Origin: Dehalococcoidia bacterium
GTDB lineage: Bacteria > Chloroflexota > Dehalococcoidia > Plut-88900
Direction of reading: 5' to 3'
DNA length: 64,000 nucleotides
Assembly: GCA_965197675.1 (NCBI GenBank)
Contig: OZ240221.1
Coordinates: 1,731,437-1,795,436 of the forward strand
Part shown: one piece after another, positions 9,396 through 18,775 of the stretch
Position numbering within the stretch: the stretch's first letter is position 1
Layout of the letters: each line of letters opens with the position of its first letter
The notes under the pieces: model-generated
Database searches by the model: none
What the model saw: the letters and a program-made list of their open reading frames with translations, nothing else
Told to the model about the DNA's origin: nothing
Position numbers and translations under genes: made by a program

Positions 9396-10256
9396 ATGGC
9401 AGGTAGCCGGTTCAGCTTGAGGAGTAAGCCAGTGCCGAAAGTCATTTGGCCGACGCTAACGTTTTGCCTGCTGGCAGCCTTGCTCACAGGCGCGGCTTGC
9501 GCCGGTCACGATCAGGAGGTGAAATGGGGATACGATGGACCGGGCGCGCCGGAACGCTGGGCCTCGTTGTCTGAAGAGTACGCAACCTGCGCCGACGGCC
9601 AGCGGCAATCTCCAATCGACATTGCCGGATACGACCGGGGTGACGCCGCGCCCATTGCGCTCTCATACAGCGGCGACGCCGCTGCTGTCCGCAACGACGG
9701 CAGATTTGTGCACGTTGACTATGGACGCGGCAACACTCTGAGCGTGGGTCGGCGGACCTACGAGTTGAAGTCGGCTCACTTTCATTCGCCCTCGGAGCAT
9801 CTGATAGACGGCGCGAGCTTTGCGGCGGAGTTGCACCTGGTTCACGCGGACGCTGACGGAAACCTGGCGGTGGTGGGGCTGCTGTTCGGGCTGGGCGCAC
9901 CCGGTCCCGTGGCGCAGGAGATTCTCGACGCCGCCCCAGCTGCCGGCGATACCGTCATCGAAGGTTTTGCGCTCAGCGCCAGAGACTACGTGCCGGGCGA
10001 GTTGGGCTATTATCGGTACGACGGCTCAAAGACGACGCCTCCGTGCGACGAACCAGTTGACTGGTATGTGATGCGCCAGCCGGAAACCATCTCCCAAGAT
10101 CAGGTCGATAGCCTTCTGATGCTGAGCGGTGGTCCCAACAATCGTCCTGTGCAGCCCATAGGCGACCGAGCGATAACAACCCTGCGCCACGCCGAGAATG
10201 CCCCAGCCGGTCCCTGTTGCGTAAGATACAGTAACCAAGTGAGTAGGACAGCATGA
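9396..10256 (+). CDS. Alpha-class carbonic anhydrase, secreted (signal peptide).
   Basis: 286 aa. 'QSPIDI', 'HFHSPSEHLIDG' and 'AELHLVH' are zinc-binding histidine motifs of alpha-carbonic anhydrases. The N-terminus is hydrophobic. Confidence 0.85.
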   Translation: MAGSRFSLRSKPVPKVIWPTLTFCLLAALLTGAACAGHDQEVKWGYDGPGAPERWASLSEEYATCADGQRQSPIDIAGYDRGDAAPIALSYSGDAAAVRNDGRFVHVDYGRGNTLSVGRRTYELKSAHFHSPSEHLIDGASFAAELHLVHADADGNLAVVGLLFGLGAPGPVAQEILDAAPAAGDTVIEGFALSARDYVPGELGYYRYDGSKTTPPCDEPVDWYVMRQPETISQDQVDSLLMLSGGPNNRPVQPIGDRAITTLRHAENAPAGPCCVRYSNQVSRTA

Positions 10257-10274
10257 AGATGCAACTACAGCCGC

Positions 10275-10670
10275 TTACACGACGGCCCTTTCCCAGACGT
10301 CCTGCCACTCCATGAAAGCCTTGGCATCGTGCTTGGAGATACGACTTATCTCCTCTACCGTCTTATCATTGTCTTTCCAACACAGCAACCTCCGTCCGTC
10401 AGGAAAGGGATGGAAAGTGTAAGGGTCTACGGGATAAACGGAGAATCTGTGCTTCCCCAGCTCCATGTCTTGAACAATCTCTGGCTGCAGCATGTAAGAG
10501 ATGTAGGCGCATGTGGAGAAGTGGTAGCCGGGGAAAAGCTCCTCTGTGACGCATGCGCCCCCGATCATCTCCCGTCTCTCGAGGACTGACACCTTCAAAC
10601 CCGCCTTGGCCAGGTAGAACGATGCTACCAGCCCATTGTGTCCACCCCCGACGATGATGACGTCGTATGC
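10275..10670 (-). pseudogene. N-terminal fragment (about 130 aa) of a CrtI/phytoene-desaturase-like FAD/NAD(P)-binding oxidoreductase. It lacks an ATG and the C-terminal ~350 aa.
   Basis: The reverse-complement frame upstream of the listed 107-aa ORF reads '[48 protein letters not shown]' (Rossmann GxGxxG). The frame opens just after a stop with no ATG and terminates at 10275, abutting the convergent carbonic anhydrase gene. Confidence 0.55.
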
Positions 10671-10716
10671 TTTTGCTATAGCCAGTTCGCTGGTTTACCC
10701 GTCTGAAAAATTCATT

Positions 10717-11673
10717 CTAAGAACCATCGACCAGCACCCCATCGAGTGCGCGTAATAGCTCTTCTGGGCTCACGAGGCCTTCGAACCTGGCGTGTACGTA
10801 GCCGGCGGAGTCAACTACAAACAGCCACGGCTCGCTGGGGAGGTTCCACTCCCTGGATATATCTGTCCATTCCAGTCGGCCCTCGTTGCGAGCCAGAATC
10901 AAGTCCCAAGGCTCGATGTGAATGAAGTTGATTCTACCTTTGTAAGTATCATATACCTGAGCCGTCACGTCGGTCACCGGGCCGCACATTCGGGTCAGAC
11001 AGAAGGCAGGGGTGGAGAACATCACTACAAAGGGTTTCCCCTGCACCAGGGCCTCCTCCACCGTGAGCTGGTAAAACCCAGGGATGGGGGGATTGTGAGT
11101 CGTTATCATCGATAGGTATTCAACGTCACGCCCTGTAGGATTACGACTGGGCGGCACTTCATCGTTGACTTGGAGGGTTGCCGATACCTCCTCAACCTGG
11201 AAAGCCAGACTGCCCTGATACTGGGTTGAATCATTGGGGAGCCGGATTTGCAGCGAGGCTCGCCATATGCCTGGTTCATCGAAGATGGCCGATGCCACGG
11301 TGTATACAGGTAGCACCTCTTCGTGCATGTGTATCTCGCCATCGGGATGCCGATGAGGCGTGGAGCCGGATATGTTGTAAAAGACGGCGTCGGCCTCTGA
11401 TTTGAGCACTTCCTGGTCGTTGTTTAGCTTGTAGAAGCTCACGTGAACCTCTGCATCAGGGATCAACCGTCCGCTTACGTCCATCACGCCGAAGGGGAAG
11501 CGATTCTCCCCGACCACCATTTCAGAGGCAGCCAGCAGCCCACTAAGCTCGTCAGATTGGATAGAGGTGAGTGTGACGGGGCTATTGGAGTTGCAGCCGC
11601 CTGCGAGGATGACTCCAAACATGATGAGGCAGCCCAAAGCTGCCAGGGTAAGCACTGACAACGTTTTAGACAT
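10717..11673 (-). CDS. Lipoprotein with a thioredoxin-like (TlpA/redoxin-like) C-terminal region. The start was reassigned to the internal Met that carries the lipobox.
   Basis: 'MSKTLSVLTLAALGCLIMFGVILAGGC' is a signal peptide with a lipobox cysteine. The C-terminus 'FVVMFSTPAFCLTRMCGP' is thioredoxin-fold-like. The ATG at 11671-11673 was confirmed on the minus strand. Confidence 0.5.
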   Translation of the reverse strand: MSKTLSVLTLAALGCLIMFGVILAGGCNSNSPVTLTSIQSDELSGLLAASEMVVGENRFPFGVMDVSGRLIPDAEVHVSFYKLNNDQEVLKSEADAVFYNISGSTPHRHPDGEIHMHEEVLPVYTVASAIFDEPGIWRASLQIRLPNDSTQYQGSLAFQVEEVSATLQVNDEVPPSRNPTGRDVEYLSMITTHNPPIPGFYQLTVEEALVQGKPFVVMFSTPAFCLTRMCGPVTDVTAQVYDTYKGRINFIHIEPWDLILARNEGRLEWTDISREWNLPSEPWLFVVDSAGYVHARFEGLVSPEELLRALDGVLVDGS

Positions 11674-12049
11674 CTCTTTGTTTATAGCTCTGTTTATCTT
11701 CGTAACCGAATGGTTCGTACTACAATCATCCGTTATGATAAAATCCACCATGTTCCCGACTGAAATGAGCAGCAGGTAGAGATATAGTGAAAACGGCACT
11801 GCGCATTCGTTCGGCCCACGTGCTTCTGGCAGCGGCGGCCGCGGCTGGCGTCACCGCCGACTCTTCTTACCGGGGTCATCCTCGTGCTATCCTTAACTCC
11901 GGCGATAAAGACTGGTGTGAAGAGGCCGCCGTAGGGATATGCCCATTTCATTAAAGGTGTCGACTATGGGTTGGATATCCATGCCAACAGCCCTATATAC
12001 AATCTGGAGTCCATGCACTAAGTCTAAGTAAAACCCCAGGAGGTTTCCA

Positions 12050-13102
12050 GTGGTCAAAAGTGAGCTATCAGGAAAAATACAGACCGTGTTAGGACCAGTT
12101 GCCCCCGATGATCTGGGCATAACTCTCACCCATGAGCATCTGCTGATAGATCTCAGCACGGTGTTGATTGAGCCTCAGGGAGCCAGCGAAATCGAGCTAT
12201 CCAGGCAGCCGGTCTCCTTAGAGAACCTTTCCTGGATCATCTATCACTCCGAGAGCAACATCGACAACATGATTCTGAGCGACGAAACAACCATAATCGA
12301 GGAAGCTCTCAGATACAAAAAGTACGGCGGTAGAACGATAGTAGACGCTACTAGCATTGGTATCAGAAGGGATCCATCGGGACTCGCCCGCATAGCTCGA
12401 GCCACTGATCTGAACGTAATTATGGGCGCCGGATACTACATTCACGACTGCCACCCACCTGACATGGATGGTAAAAGCGAAGATGAGATAGTGGAGGAGA
12501 TCGTCAAAGATGTTACCCAGGGGGTGGGCGATACCGGGATCAAATCGGGGATCATTGGCGAGGTTGGATGTTCTTGGCCCATGCCCAATAACGAGGTGAA
12601 GTCGTTGAGAGCAGCCTCTAGAGCACAGGCAATTACTGGGGCCCCTCTTCTCATCCACCCTGGTGTGGACCCTTCCGCTCCCAAGCGGGCCATAGAGATA
12701 GTCCTGGAGGCGGGGGGCGATCCCAAGCGTGCCGTTATGAGTCACCTGGATCGCACCATCTTCGACTTCGAGACCTTGGACAGGCTGGCTGCGACCGGTT
12801 GCTACCTGGAATACGACCTCTTCGGGAATGAGAAGGCTCTATACCCCCTGGGCCCCATCGACCTGCCCAACGACGCCCGTCGCCTGGACTTTGTGTTTCA
12901 TCTTCGAGACCAGGGGAGGCTGGACCAGGTGCTGATGGCTCAGGATGTCTGCACAAAGATCCAACTGACCAGGTATGGGGGGCCCGGCTACTCGCACATT
13001 CTGGAGCACGTGGTGCCAATAATGAAGAGGAGAGGACTGTCCCAGGATGAGATTGACCACGTGCTGATCGACAACCCCAAACGGGCTCTGGCTTTCACAT
13101 AA
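12050..13102 (+). CDS. Phosphotriesterase family protein (PTE-like lactonase or aryldialkylphosphatase-related).
   Basis: 350 aa. 'GITLTHEHLLIDLS' near the N-terminus is the PTE-family metal-binding motif. The rest is a TIM-barrel amidohydrolase-superfamily pattern. Confidence 0.75.
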   Translation: MVKSELSGKIQTVLGPVAPDDLGITLTHEHLLIDLSTVLIEPQGASEIELSRQPVSLENLSWIIYHSESNIDNMILSDETTIIEEALRYKKYGGRTIVDATSIGIRRDPSGLARIARATDLNVIMGAGYYIHDCHPPDMDGKSEDEIVEEIVKDVTQGVGDTGIKSGIIGEVGCSWPMPNNEVKSLRAASRAQAITGAPLLIHPGVDPSAPKRAIEIVLEAGGDPKRAVMSHLDRTIFDFETLDRLAATGCYLEYDLFGNEKALYPLGPIDLPNDARRLDFVFHLRDQGRLDQVLMAQDVCTKIQLTRYGGPGYSHILEHVVPIMKRRGLSQDEIDHVLIDNPKRALAFT

Positions 13103-13120
13103 CGCGGTTATAGCGTTCAG

Positions 13121-14329
13121 CTAGACCACCCCGTCGTTCTCCAGGGCATCTACCCGCGCTTTAGTATAGCCCAGCACCTCGTTTAGCACCTCGAAAGAGT
13201 GCTCACCCAGGAGAGGAGCTCTGGTCAGCTTATTGGGGGAATCGGACAGCTTTATAGGAGAGGCAAGCATTGTCATGTTTCCATCCCTTTGGGGGTGATG
13301 GTAGGGCACCACCATCTCCCTTTCGATGAGGTGAGGGTCGGAGTGGATGTCCTTGGCGTTGAGGCAGGCCCCTACGATCACACCTGCTTCTCCTAGAATG
13401 TGCATGACCTCGTACTTGGTGCGCTGTTTGGTCCACCCCTTGACTATCTCGTCTATCTCTTCCTTTCTCTCCATACGGCCTTCTTCACTAGTGTAACGTT
13501 CGTCTCCAATGAGGTCGTCCCTACCAATGGCTTTAAGAAGCAATGTCCAAGTGTCGTTGGTAGTCTCGCCTGCCTGAACGTAGGCATAGTCGTCCTTTCC
13601 TCCGGGCTTGCAGGGATAAATTCCCGAAGGGACGGCAAAAGTTGGTGTGGACTCTCTTCTTACGGTTGCATCGGGGTCGTGATGGTACCACATCATGGCG
13701 ACACGACCTATGTTGACCACTGCGTCCTGCATCGCAACCTCGACGACCTGCCCCTTGCCGGTTCTCTCCCGTTGAAGCAGGGCTGCAGTGACTCCCAAAG
13801 CAGCGTGATACCCCGTTCCTATATCTCCGATGGTAGGGCCTGTGGCCATAGGAGGACTGTCATCATATCCGGTGGTGCAATACGCTCCGCCCGTGGCCTG
13901 GGCTATCATGTCGAAGCTCTTGAAGGAGCTGTAAGGGCCATACGTGCCGAATCCCTTTATCCTACCCAGAATGATCCTGGGATTGACCTTTTGAAGCACG
14001 TCGTAACCCAATCCCAGCCGCTCCAGTGTACCTGGCCCTTGATTCTCGGTCACCACGTCTGCCCTCTTCACTAGCTCGAAGAATATCTCTTTACCCTTTT
14101 CCGACTTCAGATTCAGGGTTAAGCTGCGTTTGTTGTTGTTGAGGGCGAGGAAGTAGGGGCTATCCAGACCGGGTTTGTCCTGAGTGGACTTGCGACCAGG
14201 ATCTCCTCGGCCCGGAGCCTCCACCTTGATGACATCGGCCCCCAGCCAGGCCAAAGCCTGTGTGAAGGATGTTCCTGCCTCCCATTGAGTCATGTCTATG
14301 ATTCTTATGCCTTCCAATGCTTGTACCAT
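13121..14329 (-). CDS. CoA-transferase family III (CaiB/BaiF).
   Basis: 402 aa. 'LEGIRIIDMTQWEAGTSFTQALAWLGADVIKVEAPGRGDPGR' is the classic family-III CoA-transferase N-terminus. Confidence 0.85.
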   Translation of the reverse strand: MVQALEGIRIIDMTQWEAGTSFTQALAWLGADVIKVEAPGRGDPGRKSTQDKPGLDSPYFLALNNNKRSLTLNLKSEKGKEIFFELVKRADVVTENQGPGTLERLGLGYDVLQKVNPRIILGRIKGFGTYGPYSSFKSFDMIAQATGGAYCTTGYDDSPPMATGPTIGDIGTGYHAALGVTAALLQRERTGKGQVVEVAMQDAVVNIGRVAMMWYHHDPDATVRRESTPTFAVPSGIYPCKPGGKDDYAYVQAGETTNDTWTLLLKAIGRDDLIGDERYTSEEGRMERKEEIDEIVKGWTKQRTKYEVMHILGEAGVIVGACLNAKDIHSDPHLIEREMVVPYHHPQRDGNMTMLASPIKLSDSPNKLTRAPLLGEHSFEVLNEVLGYTKARVDALENDGVV

Positions 14330-14380
14330 GATTCCTCCTCCATTCCCAGCGGTTTTACTAAGTGAAGTTTCCCTGTTGAT

Positions 14381-14734
14381 CTATTTGCCGTAGCTTGGCT
14401 CGTAAACCTCTACCTTGAAGCCTCCAGGCACTTTGAAGTGAGCAGCTCTACCGTAGCCCGCTTCGATTATCTCGCCTGTGAACTCGACGCCTCTAGACTT
14501 TAGCTCCTCAACCGTCTTCTCGATATCATCGCAATAGAAGGAGATAGAGTGAGTTCCGGAAGGGGCCGTGACCGAATCGTCTGTTGGATGACACCCCATG
14601 TCAGCCTCGGGAATGTCGAATATCAACCAGCCATCTCCTACGTCCGTACAGGGAAAGCCCAGCTTGTCCCGGAAGAAAGCACGAAGCGATTCAGGCTCCG
14701 AGGTGTAGAACATGGTATGTACGCCTCTTATCAT
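14381..14734 (-). CDS. VOC (glyoxalase/bleomycin-resistance/dioxygenase) family protein.
   Basis: 117 aa. N-terminal 'FFRDKLGF' and the paired beta-alpha-beta-beta-beta arrangement are typical of VOC proteins. Confidence 0.6.
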   Translation of the reverse strand: MIRGVHTMFYTSEPESLRAFFRDKLGFPCTDVGDGWLIFDIPEADMGCHPTDDSVTAPSGTHSISFYCDDIEKTVEELKSRGVEFTGEIIEAGYGRAAHFKVPGGFKVEVYEPSYGK

Positions 14735-14959
14735 TTGTCATCCTCGCTGTATGTGACGAAGCGTCAAAAGCAGTATATTCTCGCACTTCAGGCGTTTCAA
14801 GACCCTGATCAGACCCCGCAGTTATCAGAGCCTGAGAAATTGACATAGTGCGAAAGTGCAGGTATGCTGATGTGTGAAAAGCTTCACTGGCGGGAGCCTT
14901 TCCTAGATAGGCATGATAGAGTATCCATCGCGTGTAGAGCGCCTACTCTTCACAGATAG

Positions 14960-16162
14960 GTGGTACGCGAGGAGGGCAGCATGATTAACAAGTTCGGGAT
15001 CCTGTACGCCGGCCATACCGATATAGGTAACGTCGGGTTCAAGGGAACGCCGGTCAACGACCGCTTCTTATCCGATGAGGAGTTGGCGGCCCCTATGTTC
15101 ACTTCGGTCGATATCGCACAGAATGCCGATCGCTGGGGATACGACACCCTGTGGTTGGCAGAGCACCACTTCCAAAGGGAAGGCTACGAGTGCCTGGCTA
15201 ACCTCATACTACTGGGCGTTCATATAGCTAATCTGACCGAAAAGATCAAAGTAGGCTGCGCCTTCAATATAGCGCCCATGTGGCATCCCGTAAGACTGGC
15301 CGAGGACTATGCAGCAGCCGATCACCTGACCGACGGTAGAGTCGTCTTCGGCGTTGGTCGTGGATATCACACCCGAGAGGTGGAGGCCTTCGATGCCCCC
15401 ATCATAGACCAAGAGGCCAACAGGGACCTGTTCGAGGAGCAGGTGGAGATTATCTTTAAGGCCTTCAACAATGCCTCTTTCTCCCACCATGGCAAGTATT
15501 ACAACATCCCTCCCAAAGTGCCTTACCGCGGATACGAGTTGGAGGAGATAACGCTGGTGCCCCGCCCCAAATACCTCCCCGTGGAGTGCTGGCAGCCCAT
15601 AGTAAGCGCCAACCCTCGTGGATTGAAGTTTATGGCCAAACACGGCATTAGAGGAATAATCGGTGGCGGAGCTGGCCCTGGCGGAGCTTCAGAGAAGGTG
15701 GTGAGAGCCTACCAGGAAGCCATGGCCGAGGCGGGCAGAGAAACTCAGTTGGGAGAAGGACTGGCAGTCGGATTAGATATCTACCTTGCCGACACTCAGG
15801 AGAAGGCGATAGCCGAGGCTATGCCTTATTATGAAGAGAACATGAAGATGTTCGGACCCCTCAACTTTGTGCCTGGCTTGACCGACCAGCAAAAGCTGGA
15901 TCTGGAATACCCCACCGATGAGTTGATTCCTACCCTTCCCAAGATCGATGACTTTATCAAGGGCGGTTCCTACCTCTTTGGGCCTCCTGAGACGATCATA
16001 GAGGGATTGATGAAGGTGCAGGATGCCTATCCTGGCGTCGAGCAAGTCAATGTTCAGGTGCTGTCTCCATTCCCTAGAGCGCAGATGCTAGAGCAGTTCG
16101 AATGGTTCGCTAAAGAGGTGATGCCCGCGTTCAAAGCGCCAGCTAAGGTAGCAGCTAGCTGA
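14960..16162 (+). CDS. LLM-class (luciferase-like) flavin-dependent oxidoreductase.
   Basis: 400 aa. 'DTLWLAEHHFQREGYE' is the LLM signature. It is one of four paralogs in this window. Confidence 0.8.
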   Translation: MVREEGSMINKFGILYAGHTDIGNVGFKGTPVNDRFLSDEELAAPMFTSVDIAQNADRWGYDTLWLAEHHFQREGYECLANLILLGVHIANLTEKIKVGCAFNIAPMWHPVRLAEDYAAADHLTDGRVVFGVGRGYHTREVEAFDAPIIDQEANRDLFEEQVEIIFKAFNNASFSHHGKYYNIPPKVPYRGYELEEITLVPRPKYLPVECWQPIVSANPRGLKFMAKHGIRGIIGGGAGPGGASEKVVRAYQEAMAEAGRETQLGEGLAVGLDIYLADTQEKAIAEAMPYYEENMKMFGPLNFVPGLTDQQKLDLEYPTDELIPTLPKIDDFIKGGSYLFGPPETIIEGLMKVQDAYPGVEQVNVQVLSPFPRAQMLEQFEWFAKEVMPAFKAPAKVAAS

Positions 16163-16188
16163 TCCAAGACCAAGATCAGTTGAAAGGA

Positions 16189-16220
16189 AACACGGCGGCC
16201 TATGAGGCCGCCGTGTCTTT
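16189..16220 (+). terminator. Rho-independent terminator downstream of the LLM oxidoreductase gene.
   Basis: 'ACACGGCGGCC-tatga-GGCCGCCGTGT' is an 11-bp GC-rich stem followed by 'CTTT'. Confidence 0.6.
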
Positions 16221-16824
16221 ACTTAGATTCCCATCTCCTTACCCGTCATTTCTCTGTAAATAGGGGATTCCAGGGGGGAGTGCAGAGGATGCAACGCCCC
16301 TTTGCCGGGGAGTTCAAGGGGGATGAGGTCGAAGCCCTCTGGATTCCCGTATCAAGCACGGGAACGACGGAGATGGAGGTCTCCTCTTCTGCCAATCCTC
16401 TGAAAACAGGCTATTTTCATCCCCTTGCGTGGCCTCCACAATGCTATGGGCAGTTCCCGACTCCGAACCGGAATCCATCTCCCGCTGCCCCACTCAAATG
16501 GTTCCCTTCGACAGGCTCATGATAAACTCTAAGCTTTCAATGAACTGCTGGGTCTCATCGCAGTTACTCTACAATGCACGGCTTTGTACTTGATACGGGG
16601 CCGGTGATGAGCGTGGTCTTTCTCATCCAGCCCGGTATGTGATTCTTTGGGGCACATCCCACAAGCCCCCTTCCAGAGGAATGCATCCCTCTGGACTCAT
16701 TCTATTGGGAACTATGAGACGGACTCTACAGGCAAAGGGGCAGAGCCCCTTTGCAATCCCCATCAAGTCTGGGAGAATTCCCGCATGCTGAAGCTATCAG
16801 AGCCCCAAGAAACGGAGGAGTCAT

Positions 16825-17565
16825 ATGAATAAGATTCTCAGGGCAGGGAACATGGACGCGAATCGAAGAGAGGCCATGCTAGACCGCATCGAAAGAGTGA
16901 CCGAGTTTCCACTGCTGATCCTCGCGTTTGTCATGATCCCTTTGCTGCTTGGGCCCTATCTGTGGGACCTTACCGACGGTGAAGAGGCTACTTTCATCGC
17001 CCTGGACGCATTTATTTGGGTTGTATTTGCCGTCGACTTGGGGGTAAAGACGCTAGTGGCTCCGCACAGACTGGCTTACCTGAGAAGTCATTGGCTGGAC
17101 GTTATAATAGTTGCGTTACCCTTCATTAGGCCCCTGCGTCTCCTTCGCCTTGTTGTATTCAGCTCCCGAGCAATACTTGGCGTCAGAAGACTGGTAAATA
17201 TAGACCTTCTTTTTGTCTACGGTGTTGGTATGGTGATGATAGCGTCTACCGCCGTGTTTTCAGTGGAGGAGAATCAAGCCGAGGCCAGCATCACCTCTTT
17301 TCCGGAAGCGTTGTGGTGGGCCGTGGTAACCATATCTACCGTAGGATATGGCGACATGGTTCCTGTGACGGCTGCTGGTAGAGCAATAGCCATGTTGTTG
17401 ATGATTGGTGGGATAACCTTCTTCGGTGGAATAACCGCCAACCTGGCCTTTTTCCTCGTGCGAACCCCGAGTTTCCAGGGCAACGGTCAGGAGGTTTCTC
17501 AGTTGATAGAAGAGATTCGCTCTTTGAAGGGCGAGGTGGCGAGACTGAGAGAAGCTGGCGAATAA
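16825..17565 (+). CDS. Compact voltage-gated-type (6TM, KvAP-like) potassium channel.
   Basis: 246 aa. The selectivity filter 'TVGYGD' is present. An S4-like segment 'RPLRLLRLVVFSSRAILGVRRL' has Arg at every third position. There are six hydrophobic segments. Confidence 0.8.
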   Translation: MNKILRAGNMDANRREAMLDRIERVTEFPLLILAFVMIPLLLGPYLWDLTDGEEATFIALDAFIWVVFAVDLGVKTLVAPHRLAYLRSHWLDVIIVALPFIRPLRLLRLVVFSSRAILGVRRLVNIDLLFVYGVGMVMIASTAVFSVEENQAEASITSFPEALWWAVVTISTVGYGDMVPVTAAGRAIAMLLMIGGITFFGGITANLAFFLVRTPSFQGNGQEVSQLIEEIRSLKGEVARLREAGE

Positions 17566-17581
17566 GAAACTGGCTATCAAG

Positions 17582-18664
17582 CTATGAATGTTGACCTCTC
17601 TTGATGCCTCGTTTTATGCGGCCGTATTCCGAGGAGATTTCCGCCCCCAGGATCAGGATGAAGGCGGTGGCATAGACCCAAACCATCAGGATAATTATGG
17701 ACGCCACGTTCCCGTATGTCTGGTCATACTGGGCGTAGTGCTCAAGATACCACAGGAACAAATTCTTGCCGATTTCGAACAATGCACCGGCGACGATTGC
17801 GCCCAACCATACGTCTCGCCAATAAACCTTGGTAATCGGCAGGAACTTGTAGAGGAGCAGGTACATACCAAAGCTGATGATGAACGCCGGTATCTTGAGC
17901 ACGATGGTGACCGCTGAGCCGCCGAGGATGTCTGACACGTTTCGGTCGCCGATCTCGATGGTTGTGGCCCACTGAAAGAAGCCGGTTATTGCCACGGAAA
18001 AAACGAATACCACCCCCAAGCTCAGGGCCATGCCTATCTGTCTTGGTTTGCTCTTGTAAAAGGGTCTGTTGTCTTGAATGTCCCATGCTCGGTTCACTGC
18101 TCGGGTGATGGCGCCGAAGACCGCACTGGCTGTCCAGAGAAGGCCGAAGACAGCTAGAATCCCCAGAGAGCTACGGAACCTCACTACTCCCTGTACACTA
18201 TCCCGCACGAAGTCCTCTGAGCCGGGCAGGAAATCCACGATGAAGTCGATTATCTCCTCCTGTCGTTCTGGGGAATCGGCGACTATGCCGATGATGGCGC
18301 TCAATCCTAATATAAGCGGAAACAATGATAGGATAGCGTAATAGCTCACGCTGGCGGCCATGTGAGTGGCGTCGTCATCCCCCAGTTCTCGTATCACTCG
18401 AGTGATCAACTGAACGAGGGTGCTGGATCCCAAGCGCGTCTTGGGGAGTTGCTCTTTGAGCTTGCTGGCGCCCGCGCCCGAGACATTTGTAGTATGTCGG
18501 ATCCTGCTCACGATTCTGCCGAAGAATCCATGCCTCCGGCGGGTGCGGCTTGGTTGCTTCGCAGGTGATCTTCTGAGAAAAGACGGCTTAGCCTTTTTGA
18601 CCCACAAGGCTAGCCGCTGTGTTAAGGAGACAGCTCGCTCGTCTGGAGATGAGTTGCGAGTCAT
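17582..18664 (-). CDS. YihY/BrkB (virulence factor BrkB / formerly RNase BN) family integral membrane protein.
   Basis: 360 aa. It has a multi-TM core with 'YYAILSLFPLIL' and 'LGAEISSEYGR' motifs typical of YihY. The N-terminus is long and basic. Confidence 0.7.
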   Translation of the reverse strand: MTRNSSPDERAVSLTQRLALWVKKAKPSFLRRSPAKQPSRTRRRHGFFGRIVSRIRHTTNVSGAGASKLKEQLPKTRLGSSTLVQLITRVIRELGDDDATHMAASVSYYAILSLFPLILGLSAIIGIVADSPERQEEIIDFIVDFLPGSEDFVRDSVQGVVRFRSSLGILAVFGLLWTASAVFGAITRAVNRAWDIQDNRPFYKSKPRQIGMALSLGVVFVFSVAITGFFQWATTIEIGDRNVSDILGGSAVTIVLKIPAFIISFGMYLLLYKFLPITKVYWRDVWLGAIVAGALFEIGKNLFLWYLEHYAQYDQTYGNVASIIILMVWVYATAFILILGAEISSEYGRIKRGIKRGQHS

Positions 18665-18775
18665 GATAAGAGTTTAACAGTTGTGGAAGGCAGGAGAGAG
18701 AGTATTGTCAATACGTTAAAAAGACGAGGCCCATATGGGCCTCGTCTCCTCAATATCATCAGAAACGGGTGTTGG

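Noticed and set aside
16202-16832. ORFs 16202-16522 and 16647-16832 in the intergenic region before the K+ channel.
   Set aside because: The first starts inside the terminator hairpin and runs through repeat modules. The second overlaps the channel start. Neither has an RBS or a protein-like composition.
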